A DNA stretch of 63,945 nucleotides, counting the filler, from Rhabdomonas costata (Eukaryota): the NCBI GenBank assembly GCA_019059605.1. It is 17 parts of 17 records of this genome, joined end to end, with 100 filler letters (N's around TTAATTAATTAA, not from the genome) between each part and the next. Parts side by side here need not be neighbours in the genome. Positions count along the whole stretch, not along the records: positions 1 to 3,679 come from JAHMHO010000616.1; positions 3,780 to 7,448 come from JAHMHO010000617.1; positions 7,549 to 11,219 come from JAHMHO010000618.1; positions 11,320 to 14,988 come from JAHMHO010000619.1; 13 more parts are not named here. One strand, written 5' to 3'. Under the pieces are notes generated by a model. That model made no database searches. It was not told where the DNA came from and was given only the letters and a program-made list of their open reading frames with translations. Positions 1 to 12,800 of the stretch are shown here, piece by piece (positions within the stretch are counted from its first letter, which is position 1; every line of letters begins with the position of its first letter). A program made the translations under genes and the position numbers.

Positions 1-783
1 TGTGTGGGGGCAGCTTTTCTTTCCTCATCGCTCTCCTTCACGTGTGTGTTTCTTTTCCGCCTCTTCTTTGACTTAGGGACAGTTGAATGTTTGTCCGATG
101 AAAAGCCGGAAAAGAAACACACACGTGAAGGAGAGCGATGAGGAAAGAAAAGCTGCCCCTAACTTCAGACGCGCGCAGCTTGGGTGCTCTGGATACTGCC
201 TCTTTCAAGTGGGACATCCAGGGCTCATCAACGATGAAACTCCCAAAGCCAACCTATCCGCAGTGTGCCATAACAAAGGGAAGACTGGGATCCAATGATA
301 AGCACAGAAACATCCTCTGTCAGTACAAGTTTCGGACAAAGCTAACCTTTACACAAACGTGGTCACAGAGCACGTGGGGGGCGTGTATTTGGACTTAGGT
401 GACCCACAATGACAGTGATGCATGCTTGTGAGGGAAATGGAGTCATTGTACAACACCACGTCTAACCAAAGCGTGCTGGGACACTGTACATAGCTGTTAT
501 ACCCAATTCTTGAACGAAAGAGAAAATAAAAACTACGTAACTTCGTCACAGTACATTTCCACGCGATACTTTCTTCCTGGCAGCCGCAAAGGTTAAATTA
601 CACCCCGCAGACACCACAAAGTTGCAAGTCAAGCAACAACCCGGAACGAAATTTCGCCAATGTAGACTGAGGTGACCTCTTAAGCTTTCAGCTTTGTGTA
701 AACCGCCGCCGTCGCTACAACAACCACGCAAAAAGGGCAATATGGGCGTACATGCATGACCACACACATGCACACACACACAC

Positions 784-2557
784 CGGATAGTAGCTCAGCG
801 AGTCTAACGGCGTGACCTTTGCGCTCTGTATCACGAAATTGGTGCTGAAGTTGCGTGTGACGAAGACTCGCAGCCTTTGCCCAGCAATGGGGTCCGTCAG
901 GAACCTCTCTTCCCCTCGAGAAGAGCTGACGGTGTACTCGAAGAAAAAGGAGGTGTTGCACACCTTGAGCGGCCTACAAGAGCCGTAGCAAGAGCACTGA
1001 TAGGAGCGGGCACCCAATCCTAACCAAGCAGCCAAGATTGGAAATCAAAGAAATCAGCCATTCTTTGGCGAGACTGAGACACAAATTGACGTCCTGGAAC
1101 ACCGTAAAGTTGCCAGTTCCCACAAAAATAGCATTGTAAAACGTATACCCTCATAACGGTGGATACGTACGTCCGCTAGCGGAGGGGGGGGGCGACGTAA
1201 AGTGTTCTAGGAGGGAGAGATGGTATTGAAGATTCAATCAGCGACCCCTCCGGTATAATTTCGGCCAAGACCCCACGAGACCACGTAACAAATAGCAGGC
1301 GGCCTCCGAACTCCCCATTCAACTTTCAACGCCCCGTGATGTCACTTGCCACTTTCGGTGGCGTGGAAATAAAAGACGGTCTTAGTTTTTCTTTTTCGAG
1401 AAAGTTTTTACCTATGAATGGGGTGTCAGACTATGCCCAAACAAAAAATGTGGCCTCTAGTGAGTGCCAGAAAAACGAAGAATTCTCTTTCGTACTTTAC
1501 TGCCTCCCCTTCCTCCCCTTCCTCCAAAAACCATTCACCCGATCCCCGCATCCTCCAAAAACCATTCACTCGACCCCCGCAAAGTGATGCAGACGTTCAC
1601 CTGTCAGGCTGAGCTTCTGCAGTGCGGTTCACTGCATCCAGGTCAACGTCGCGGCCCAAAATACTCTCCTCCCCCTCGAGCAGGTAGTAGCGACCCTTCT
1701 TAACATCTTCCCCAACCCACTGCACGTTGGTGGGGGTGCGGGAGAGGAAGTACTAAGGAACGTTGCCAGCAAGGGCACTTCCAAGCAAGTGGTCAAAAGC
1801 GAATAACACTTCATACTATTGTATTGCTTGTCGTGAGTTCTGCTTATGAACATTTTTTCGCTGTCAAATACCAAATGAATGAGCGACCAGATAGAAAATA
1901 GTCTCCACAAAAAACTATTCGACCGATACAGAAAAGCTAAAAAAAAATCCACCAACCCACCTTGGGCTTGGTAAAGTTCGGGTTCCCGGCGATGGCCAGC
2001 GACCGACTTGCCGCACGGAAATCGTATGTCGTCATAACCGCACTCACGGGAAAGTGGCCCTTGGGGTTGTGCTCCTGCGGACTGGGGAAGATCCACGGCA
2101 CGACTCGAAACACAACGCTCGGCTGCCGCGCAAAATTTGGAGAGCGCGTTAGCCGATCTAGGGCCCAGCATAGCAGGCACACCGCGGGCATGACCAGAGG
2201 AAGAGTGCCTTCCTCTCCCCGCTTTCTTTCGTCGGGCCGAAGCGCCTGATTGATAACCCGGTAAGGAGCCTTTCGACTAGGGTCGTCCTCACCAGCCGTC
2301 CAAAACCGGCAGGTTGCCACGGCAAGGATGTGCTCATCGGAGCAGTCCTTGTGGGCCTCGCGGGCGTAGTGCATGCACTGTTCCGCGGCAGAAACGGCTC
2401 CAAGACTGCCTGCGAAATGAAGCTTTCGAGCCGCTTCCTGCAGTGCATTGGGCTGTCCCACGATGCCCTTGAAGCGGTCAACGTACTGGCGGTACACGGC
2501 TTCCCAGGATTCGTCACGAACGAAGGGATTTCCGAAACTCAGATCGAGCAACGATGC
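784..2557 (-). CDS. ADP-ribosyltransferase (R-S-E clade)-like domain protein, partial; exons 2557-1961, 1752-1601, 973-784
   Basis: Phase-compatible GT-AG joins; motifs FWTA..YRVINQALR..LLCWALDRL..VVFRVV..YDFRAASRSLAIA..F..FVIQS..LDSLSYYP follow the order seen in eukaryotic NAD:arginine ART domains; the E-x-E exon was not securely found. Confidence 0.6.
1521..1581. repeat. 31-bp tandem duplication in an intron
   Basis: cctccaaaaaccattcac[c/t]cga[t/c]ccccgca twice, period 31. Confidence 0.9.
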
Positions 2558-3058
2558 CTGCATCGGAAGCCATAACGCGGTACAAGGAATGAGTAAAAAC
2601 CGATCGAAAGTGCGGCTTCGCTCGGGGATTTCCTAGCACCATATATACTGGACACCTATGAGGCATAGCGAGAATCGGATTTTTTTTTTGAAAAAAATGG
2701 AAATTTACGGAAAAAAAGATGTATCGATGGGAAATATTGTACATGTCCCAGACTCCAAGTGTAAATGTGCACGTGTGCAGGAAGCAATTTCCAAGCAAGG
2801 TTCTTCTTTTAGAGAGCATGCTCCCGCCTCGTAGCAGGGAAGCAGTACTTCGTGTGGGTTTTGGGGTTTGCTTAACTAATTAAAACGCTCACCGCAAAAC
2901 AGATCAAAGGTGTTATCATAACGTAACATAACAAAAGTTCTTAAGCTGAAGAGCCCATGGAAAAATTGCACAAAGACATACGCACAGTCAATGAAATACA
3001 GCCGCACACTTGGTCTGGAAAGTAAAAATTCGAAAGAACAAAGACGAAGCAAACGGAC

Positions 3059-3655
3059 CCTTTCCTCATAACGACGGACCAACGTCTCCTGCCTCTCCTT
3101 CCTCTTCACCTTCTTCTTCTTCTTCAACGCCCTCTCCAATTTTTGTTTTTCAAGAGCATACTCTGCATCAAGGCTTTCCTTCACCCTGGCGACATTTTCT
3201 TCGAACCTCGCCTCGAGCTCCCGAATTTGCTGCAACTTTAACAGTTCCATCTCTTCGCGTAACTTCGAAAACTGGTCATCGCGCTTCTCCTGAAGCCTTT
3301 TCAGCCTTTTCTGAGCCCCTGGTGTGGAGAATACATCATCCTCGGCATCAACCGGCAATGCTGCAACAATGACAGGAGAAGCGTTGCTGTCAGTGGAAGG
3401 GCTGCCGGAGCCCAACCCTTCGTTCGAACCAGACAAGTTTCCCATCTCCACGGAAGTGGAGTCAAAGGCTCCATCGGTTTTTTCGGCAACGTGCCTTTAC
3501 GCTCGGCGTCGGTCGGCAATTGACTGGTAGATGAAACGGCAACTGACGAGCTACTAGACACAGAACTGGAGGGTCCACGGGCCGGCTTCTTTTGATCAAC
3601 GACTGCTGACAAAGGCTCATGCAAAACCAGGGGTGTAGCTTGTGTTCCCTGCGAG
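3059..3655 (-). CDS. Ser-rich plus coiled-coil exon, probably the upstream part of the ART-like gene; apparent frameshift near 3497
   Basis: QKRLKRLQEKRDDQFSKLREEMELLKLQQIRELEARFEE..YEER ends at a phase-0 donor (gtccgt) compatible with the phase-0 acceptor at 2557. Confidence 0.55.
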
Positions 3656-4299
3656 CTTTGCAGGAAACACAACCAACCCNNNNNNNNNNNNNNNNNNNNN
3701 NNNNNNNNNNNNNNNNNNNNNNNTTAATTAATTAANNNNNNNNNNNNNNNNNNNNNNNNNNNNNNNNNNNNNNNNNNNNTTTTTGGGGGTCTGAGCACAT
3801 GTTTAGGGTGCACCATTCTGCAACGTCACGAGTTCGAGTACACGTTTCGCCACCTTCCACAGGAGCCTTTCCGTTATTGCGTGTGCTATGGCCCAGCTTT
3901 CAAACTGTTCTATGTAGCTGATTTGGCAGCACATCGTATGTACCGAGATTTGGGTTCAAAAACCTCCCACATCTGAAGCGTTTCCATCCACAAAGCGCCA
4001 TTGTGATACGCCATGTAGCTTCCGGCGGATCTACGATTCCACCAGTAGTCCAGTCTGGAAGCACCTTGCAATGGCAGCCTATAGTGTTCCGCTCCGCGGG
4101 TTCAATCACGGCTCCATACTGAAAAATTAGAAATCAAGTTTGAACACCACGGCTTTGAGAAGGGTCCAGCAGGGGCATAGTTGGCGACTAGATTGGAAAT
4201 GGTGACCTACGTCCTCTTCAATCCTTGCCACAACTCTACCAATACTCCCAGTGCATTTTCACCGCTTCACTAATTGCGCAACCCGCCAAAGTGTTTTTA

Positions 4300-7200
4300 A
4301 AGACACAAATTCTTAACCACACTCCGCTGCACTGTGTTTTACAAATTGCACCCCCACTCATGCTGAAGCCTTTCCACAACATCTCATCCTCATGCAGAAT
4401 GTTTTTCACGACTTGCACCCACAATCGCCTTCATCTTCGCTTTCCCAGCTTCACAAACACCTTTTTCATCACTTGCATGACTTGCAAGTGGATGAAAATA
4501 TTATTACTTCTACTATGTGCAATGCATATGCAATTAATCAATTTAATTTTCCGCTCGGAACGAAGTAGCTGTGGAAAACAACATTAACAAGGACATACAT
4601 TTGCTTGGTTGTTAGGTTTTTTCCATGTTTTCGCTCGGCTGGAAGAAAAGCATTGCAAGTGCCGGTGGTGTTTTTGTAAGAAAACAAAAATGGGAGGGAT
4701 AAAAATGAAAGTTTTGATGGTTTCAACCTTTTTTTCAAAACTATTTAGCTGTCACGAAACCAATTCTCTTGCAAACGTGATACCCAAATGTCATGAGTCT
4801 TTACACAATCCACTTCTAGGACGGAGGTGTAATCCAAAAAAGCCGTCCGATCAGTTAACGGATCAGCTTCTCCGACTGCCAACCATGCAGACAAAGTCAA
4901 TTTGCCAATTCTTCTGCAATACAACGCAATTTGATAACTTTCTCTATCAGCTGCAATCATGCAATGCAACTCCTTTTTCTTTCACCTCGAAAAAAGGCCA
5001 CTTCTTTCTCGAAAAGCAATGCAAAACAATCAATGCAATAGCCACGGCACCATCACATAGTGGTAGCACAGCACTGTGCTTTACAAAAACGACAGTAAAG
5101 TTACAACAGAGCACTTGCAACCAGTGCAACGTGGACTAAAACCTGCAATTTATCTATACTTTGCAATCTATTCTGCTTGATGTCCTCATTCAACTAAAGT
5201 TTTCTCCATATTTACAGAAAATTAAACACTTAATACAAACTTTACCTCCACATCAACATAATACTGCAATGCAACGTGACATCAATACTTCCACAAAGCT
5301 TCAGTGTAGCTTTCAAAGCTTTCTGCAACTCTTGACAGCAATACAAACCTCCACTATCACCACTGGTTGATCTACCTCATTACGAACTCATACTCATGCA
5401 ATCCGTCTCCAGCGTTGACAACCTTTGTCGCGGTCTCAGCTTCCATGTCTCAAAGATATATACTCTCCATTTCCACTCCACACTTCTAATCTTCAACATT
5501 TTCAGCAATGGAAACTACGGCTATTCTTGCCTTTTAGTTGTTACCAACATTAGATTTGCACATTTCTGCAAGCTTTGGCCTAAACATGTGCAATTATACT
5601 CCACGGTGGGTTAGCGTATAAGCACACATCTGAGCTCCATTCGAATGCAACACAAGGACTCGTCGTCTGTATCATACAACGTATAGTACTTCGGAATCTG
5701 GTGATGCTTCATTGATGCAAACAAATCCGCACACGGAGTAACAATCCAATTAAAGCACAATGCGGTAAAAATTGCCGGCTCCATTCTTACCTCCTCGTCT
5801 GATCAAAAGCTTTGCCGATGAACCTGACAGTACAACCTTGTCAATACCACTTCACCATAACTATCCTCTTTTTCGTCCTCTCCACCTACAACAGACAACT
5901 CGTGTCCTTCGTCTGACGGTACGTTTTCCGTATTGATGTGGGGCATCAAGGGTTTATCTCCATCATGTCCTTTCGGAGAACAGGAAAGCTATTTCTTGCA
6001 AAGCTCTCACTGCAACCATGCGTTCACCACAAGCTTTTGCTCCGGGAGACATGTAAGCTGCTACCTCTGCCTCCACTCCAGGCACTTCCTACTGCAGGCT
6101 TACCTGATCCGATCAAGACACTTTTGCAATTCCGGCGACACTCTCTTGATATGCTCTACACTTGGATCTGGATGTTAGTGATACTGTCCCGGATCAGCCG
6201 CTTCAATCTCATCGGTGTATTCCACACCTTCAATACATTCATCATCCACACTCATTTTGTAGCGTATTAAACGATTTTTCCTGCACCGTTCCAAAATGCC
6301 ATTACTCCTTCCATTTCATCAGTTACGTTATTGGCGCTGCTAATGTGGCTTGATCTGGAACAAAACTCTGGTAAAACCCAAAAATCCCTAAAAAGATGTT
6401 CAAATCTGCTGGGGTTTTAACGCCGGCCACTTGTGCACAGCCAACAACTTCCTCGGCTGCAGCCTGGTGCCATTCCACTCCAAAATGAAGCCGCAATACT
6501 CCACTTCAGGCTGCGCAAAAAAAGCACTTTTCAGGATTTACAAACAACGTTTCTCTGTCAAACATCTTGTAAAACACCAGCAAGCTTCGGTATGGTCTTC
6601 CAACGTGTTCTCGCACGCGTATGTCGTCAACAAACGCTCCTGTTGTTCTAATCAAGTCTTCCAAAATAACGTTCATCGTCCTCTGAAACGTCGCTCGCGC
6701 ATTAAACAACACAGATGGCATAACAGTAAACTGAAACTACCAATAATTCGTCTTGAATGCCGTCCTCTCCACATTCTCGTGGTGAATTTTAATCTGATGA
6801 AACCACGAATGCAATCCAACTTTGAAAACCACTTTTCACGCGTGATCGATCATCTCGTCAAACGTTGGAAGATGACACGAGTCTGCAACAGTGATAGCAT
6901 TCAACGGACGGTACTAAACACATACCGTCAAGTTACAATTAGCCTTTGGCACAACACTCCAGCTCCATATTCAGCTGGCTCTATAAAGCCCAAATATTGC
7001 AAGATTTTCAACTGCTTTTCTAATTCAGGTGGAGTCTTCCACACTGCGTAGTTGTGGCCACAAATGCTGTGGTCCAAATCCTTGATCATCTTCTCAACTT
7101 CTTTTCTAAGCGAGTTGCGCAAATTTATGTGCGTCTTCCACGTAATTTTTGCGCTCTTGCTAGCGTACGATAATCTTCTGCAGTCATCAAAACATCCTCA

Positions 7201-7440
7201 TCTACCTTCTCTACTGTCAGCAAGTATTCGGCAAAAACTGCAAGCTCCTCTTAAAACACCTCATTATCCGTCACCATGGGGTCCACATGACTTTCTGTTC
7301 ACATATTAACTGAATGCTTCTATGCTAAGCTGAAACGAGGGTGTTTATTTTACCAGAAAGTGGTCCGTGTCTTTTATCTTCGCTCCATCCCACCATTGCC
7401 TGACTTCTTCCTCTTCCATCTACAACTTAGCATGCAACAC
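4300..7440 (-). mobile_element. Degenerate Ty3/gypsy LTR retrotransposon pol (RT, probable RNaseH/integrase, possible chromodomain)
   Basis: Minus-strand FHQIKIHHENVERTAF..MPSVLFNARATFQRTMNVILEDL..FVDDI RT motifs (~6600-6900) with many stops and frameshifts; MLWKGF near 4370 is chromodomain-like. Confidence 0.85.
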
Positions 7441-8168
7441 TCCCGTCGNNNNNNNNNNNNNNNNNNNNNNNNNNNNNNNNNNNNNNNNNNNNTTAATTAA
7501 TTAANNNNNNNNNNNNNNNNNNNNNNNNNNNNNNNNNNNNNNNNNNNNGGTGGTGGGTTTTGGGTGGGGTCCATGTAGTCAGGCTCATTCTCTCTCGCCT
7601 TCCATGGCACTGCAATGTGCCAGCAGCTTCGGGACTTAGCATAGCTTTGTGGATCAGGTGAAAAGGTTAGCGAAGACGACGTCTCGGATCCTGAGTGGGC
7701 CCTCTAATTACAAGCACCCCAGAAATGCTGCGGCTGCGGCTTGATCTCGGAAATTCTCCCCGGAACCCAATATTCGGGAACTTTTTTTTGTCAACCTTCT
7801 GATTGAAGTTTGGGCTTGACTTTGGGACACTTGCGTCTTCTTGGCATCTGCATATGGCAGTCGTGTATTTGTGCGATTAGAGATTGAAAAGAAACAGAAC
7901 GACGAACGAAGAGAAAATATGTTCCTTAACACTGCCCCCCCTCCCCTGCCGCCCCACTGCTTCGGAAAAAACCTAATCTGAAACCAGTATAAGTATTGTT
8001 CTTCCGATGGCCGTTCACCCCTTCACTGTGTGAGGTTGCCTTTGCTTGCGAAAGAGCAGATGAGAGCCTCGTTATGATCCGCCCTTAAGAGTTTGAAGTC
8101 TGCAATTCTGCAATTGTGGCCTCACTCAACTTCCGATTTGACACCGCGGGATCGCGTTATCCTCTCAG

Positions 8169-11100
8169 CGAGCCCGCAGATGAACAAGATCGTGTGCTCG
8201 GCGCGCACCTCGCTGACCCAGCTGATTCTGTTCTGCACCCAAAGCACAGATGCCAACCCGCTGACCCGCAGCGGCGTCCCCATCAAGCAGAACCAGGTCC
8301 GCCAGAAAAGCCACTTAACCATTCTTACCTCCTCCCCACACACACGCCGCGCTGTCTTCCCCTCGGAAAAGCACAGCGACAGCGAGAGCGTCTCCCAGTG
8401 GGGGTTTGTTGCTTCCATCGGCCAGCCAGCATGAGCTGTCTTGAGCAAATCCAAGCCGGGATATTTTTTTTTACCGTTTTATCACCCCTTCATCTTGACG
8501 TTGTCTTGCAGTCCACATGCTCACAAAACACAAGCTCATCCCTCTCCCTTCTCACGTTCTCGCACTTGCGTCCTTTCGCCCTCTTACTTTACTTTTTCCC
8601 CTTTCCCTTTTATTTTCCAGCGCCTGCTGTTCGACCAGGACCTGCACAAGCTTGTGATTGAGGTGCTGAAGTGCCCCTTTGAGGTCCCCTCGTGGGACTT
8701 CACACGTACGCTACCCCCCTCCCTCTTTTTATGGATCCTGCGCTTCTTTCCATCCTTTCATCTTCATTTGTGTGAAGTTTTCGTGTATCCTTGTTTGTGC
8801 GCACTGTGTGCGCGCACTTGAAAGACTTTTTTGTAGTGACTTCTCGTCGATCAGATCTGCCCATGGTCTTTTATATGCTCGTGGCTGATGGATAAGTACT
8901 GCGCAAACAAGCAAGGTTCTGAAATGAGGACCCGGGAAACCCATTTCCCGGCAACGTGCCTTGCAACCTGATTGCTGACACTTCAAAAGTTATTTTCAAA
9001 GCTACGCACATGTTCGGTGGGCCGACCTCCATAGATTTACGCTGTGATGGAAAGCTAAGGCCTTTTTGTTTGTCGTGGTTGTATACCGCCGCCCACGATA
9101 GCAAAATGGTGCCAGATACCTGGAGAGCGCAGCAGCAACTCGAGCGGGTGTAGGTATCCCTTTTTTTACGTGGGGTTCTTAGCAGATGGAGCGCCGATGA
9201 TTCAACTGGTCAACCTGCGCAAGCCGCAATTCAAGTCGGTGCATCTGATCTGCACCCTGGGCTACCGCCTGCTGCGGCAGATGGTGTGTCTCTGCTCGAG
9301 CGGGTGAGGTTGGTGGCTTGGCTCTATCGCCCCCCGCCCCCATATGCCCAATACGGAAGGGAACTGTGTTTTCTTGTTGATGTGTGTCATTTTCCTTCCA
9401 GGCATTTCATGTTCGTTTCTGTTCTTTATTGCTTTAGTTGTATGTCCTCTCGGTGCTCAGATCCGAGGAACACCAGAGTTTGCCATGCAGTTGTCGGAGT
9501 ACATCCCCTTCATGCAGAAGCAGGTGCCTGACGCTGCTTGCGTGCAGTTGTGAAGAAAGTGCTGTGCTGAACTGTTGGAAAGTCTTCTCTTGTAAACTCC
9601 ACAGGCAACGGATAGTGGCCTGGTTGCTGGAGATTGGGAAGAATTGAAACGCGGTTGCCTGGGTAACATTTTCTCGGGAAAAGTTGTGTGTGCATGTGCG
9701 TTTGTGTTATTCGTGTGCTATGCGTTTTACCGCGTTCAGAATATCAGGATGAAGGATGCTGCGGAGGGACGATGTGCATAAGCCTATAATGAATGACATC
9801 GAGAGAAAGACAGAGAGAGAGTGAGAGGCGCCTGCTGATCTCTTGGCTTCCTTCAGTGCTTGCGCCCTTTATGCCGGTGCTGTTATCAGTGGTGACCGCC
9901 AATGGAAGCACCCCCGCACAAGTCCCAAGTTTGCGTGAGTTAACTCTTGGTCACAAGGCGGTTTGCTCGTGTGTTCGCACCTATTAGACGCGTGGTGCGC
10001 GGGGCGTGTGAGTCGGGGTCGGGGTCGGATGGAATGTGTTACGACCGCAGCTTCCCTACCGCCTGATGGTCGCGGACACGCTGATGGAGATCTTCAAGGA
10101 CAACCGCCACCTTCTGGAGCAGATGGACTCCGACGTGCTGAGCTGCTTTGTGAGGCTGAGCAACCTCAAGGGCAAGCCTCAAGCTCGGTACCTATCACTC
10201 TTTGAAAAGTGAAAGGATTGGTTACGTACGGTATACAAACCAGCAGGTGCTACGTTTTTCTGCTGGTAAGGCACCGCGCGGTGAAAGAGGGAGCTCCAGG
10301 TCATCACCTCCCGCCCCCGCGCTTGCCAGTCTTTCGACTGCGGCCTTTCACAAAAACACTCAGATGGTCAGGTCAATGTTTGGGTTCCTCAAAGAAATGG
10401 ATTTCCCTTGGGGCCTGCTCGTTTATTATTGGCTTCAGGTACCTGAACTTCCTTTGTGAACTGTGCGTGTGCGACGGGGTGGGCATTGCGAAGAACCAGA
10501 ACATCATCTGCCAGCGCATGCTGGAGGGCCAGGCCGACCTCATCCTACCTGTGCGGCTGGACCCGATCACCGGTATGTGCGGCCACCAATACGACGCTCG
10601 TGGGCACGTCTGTTGCGTTTCAATGCATTCTAGGGCACCATAACATCAACTGAGTTGATGACCCTTATGAGTGCCTGACTGCATTTCTGGTCTTCAAAAC
10701 GGTTGTTTCTACACGAAGGACGAAACCACGTATTTTCTCGGAGGAGGGTTCAGGCACTCTGTCTTCTTTTAGTGGAAAACAGGCTCTAAAGGTTCAAACT
10801 GGACCTTTGAAGAGGCCGTTACTGGGCGTGGAGATGCAGCCAGAGGGGCAAGGAATCTGCCAGTAAACTCAGCTCACGAGTACCACCATCCCACAAAGTA
10901 TGGGCCCAACCGGTCTTGGTTGTTCAAGGTATGATGCCCCCATGCTGTCCGGCTCCGGTCCCATTCAGACGGGCGCATTGACAGAATCGCCATTAACAGC
11001 CGCAATGGACCGTTGACCTTTATTGTGAAAGAATGCATAGTTCAGATTGTGGAGTGCCTCAAAACACCGCGCAGGGGAAGTCCAGGTGCAGATACCGCGG

Positions 11101-11198
11101 GGGTTCTCGTTCGACTCCAACGAGCAAGAGGACGCCGTACACGAGTTCACGGTGGAGGAGATGGCCAACGAGCGCACCCTGGCCGTGCTGGCGGCGCG
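8169..11198 (+). CDS. ITPR: Inositol 1,4,5-trisphosphate/ryanodine receptor family channel, RIH region, internal exons (8169-8296, 8621-8683, ~9102-9147, ~9183-9283, 9461-9523, 10051-10187, 10439-10572, 11075-11198)
   Basis: Spliced product GVPIKQNQRLLFDQDLHKLVIEVLKCPF..LGYRLLRQM..YIPFMQKQ..ADTLMEIFKDNRHLLEQ..RYLNFLCELCVCDGVGIAKNQNIIC matches the IP3R RIH-domain pattern. Confidence 0.88.
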
Positions 11199-11319
11199 GT
11201 GTTTTGAGGCACCACACACNNNNNNNNNNNNNNNNNNNNNNNNNNNNNNNNNNNNNNNNNNNNTTAATTAATTAANNNNNNNNNNNNNNNNNNNNNNNNN
11301 NNNNNNNNNNNNNNNNNNN

Positions 11320-12800
11320 TGTTGTGTGGTATCGCGTTGAGGTTATTGGTAGTTTTGGACGTGTATCTGTGTGATGGTGAGTTTGTCGGTATCATGCTAA
11401 GGGTATGCGTTGGGTTGGGTATCGCGGTGATGGTATCGGGTGTCGTGGTGAGTGTATCGTGTACGCTTGCGTGGGTATTGGGTATTGGTTCGCGTGTCAT
11501 TGGTAGTGCTGACGGTCTCTTGCGCTTTCAACAAGGATGGTGATGCTACGTTGCGTGTGTGCTTTTTAGGTGCTGTGCATGTTCCTGTTGTGTGCCATTT
11601 GGCAATCGGTGCTTGGGTGTTGGTCACTGATTCCACTTTCTAAGGACATGAGTAGCTGGCCTTCGTTCCTGATGGTGTTGTTACCAGAGATGATGACTCA
11701 AGATGAACGGTACAGGTTGCTCAAATCCTGTAGCTACAAATTAGAGTCTGAGGTATGGTGGGGCGAGTTCTGTAATCACGCCACATGTTGGTCAATGTTG
11801 CATGACCACAATTACAACATTATGCGTGGGGGATATGCAGAGGACTGGTAGTAGGTAAGGTACTACCGCCATCCCATGTGTTGCTGTAGCTTAAGTTATG
11901 GTTCCACACCAACCAAGGTAGCGCGTGGTACGTTTGAAGTTGAGTCTGCCGTGGTAGAATTCGCAACCATAGCATTAGTATGGTACACAATGGTGGTAGG
12001 AAGCTGTTTTACGGCCGTTGGAACCACAACGTGGGTGTGTGGACCAGGCTATGGTGGATTGCCATAGTAGTACACGTGTTGATAACATGGTGTTGGGTCA
12101 TAGCGTAGGTCCATGTTTAGAGTGTATGGTAACAACGCTGAACCTATATGTGGTTGTGCCGTACCATGCCAAAATTATGGTTAGGTACCGTAGTGGTAAG
12201 CACATGTGTCACAACATTGTAAGCTCTCATGCTGTTTGTGCCGATCCTGTGTTGTGTGCCAAGGCATGATTTCATCATCTCTGGGGTGATTGCATGGGCG
12301 TTGTAATCCCATGCACTAGCGGTGGTGGTCTTGTTTTGATGTATAGACATGATGTCATACCCAATTGCTACCCAACCACGTCAACCCTATGCGTAGTGGT
12401 GGTGATGTTGTGGTGTATTGAGACATGTGTGATGTTGCGTGTCATCGCCTTGTCATCCTGTCATTCTGGCAGCTGTTTATCCAGCAGTGTGAGTCAATAG
12501 TGACGGTGTTGGCATCAGTGCATGGCAGCTTGGCATCCCTCCATCAACCCATGGGTATGTTACATTTGTAACAGTGTATGTGTGTGTCAAGTAGTGCTGT
12601 GTGCTGATGTTAATGTGGATGGCAACGGTAGATGATGCCAGCATCCTGTGATCGTGCTATGCATCGAGTGGTGGAGTGGAAGACCCTCTCACCAGTGATG
12701 TGTGGTTATGCCAGTGCTGATGGAGTGAGTCACATTAGCGCAAAGGCCACACAGGGACACTGCCGATTCAGTCGTCACTAGTTCCACCACCATAAGTTGG
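11320..12800 (-). mobile_element. Highly decayed non-LTR retrotransposon remnant (APE-like endonuclease region)
   Basis: Broken minus-strand fragments RVFHS..AGII, TTHRVDVV and DHH-PLV occur in the order of EEP-domain motifs; strong strand skew; no intact ORF. Confidence 0.35.

Noticed and set aside
3724..3735. Regularly spaced TTAATTAATTAA as a biological repeat or CRISPR array
   Set aside because: It is a synthetic six-frame stop linker embedded in N runs.
3665..3790. A/C-rich 3' tails and G/T-rich 5' heads on most contigs as telomere-like additions or gene-sized chromosomes
   Set aside because: There is no fixed repeat unit and genes are cut mid-exon or mid-intron. This fits untrimmed low-complexity library tails.
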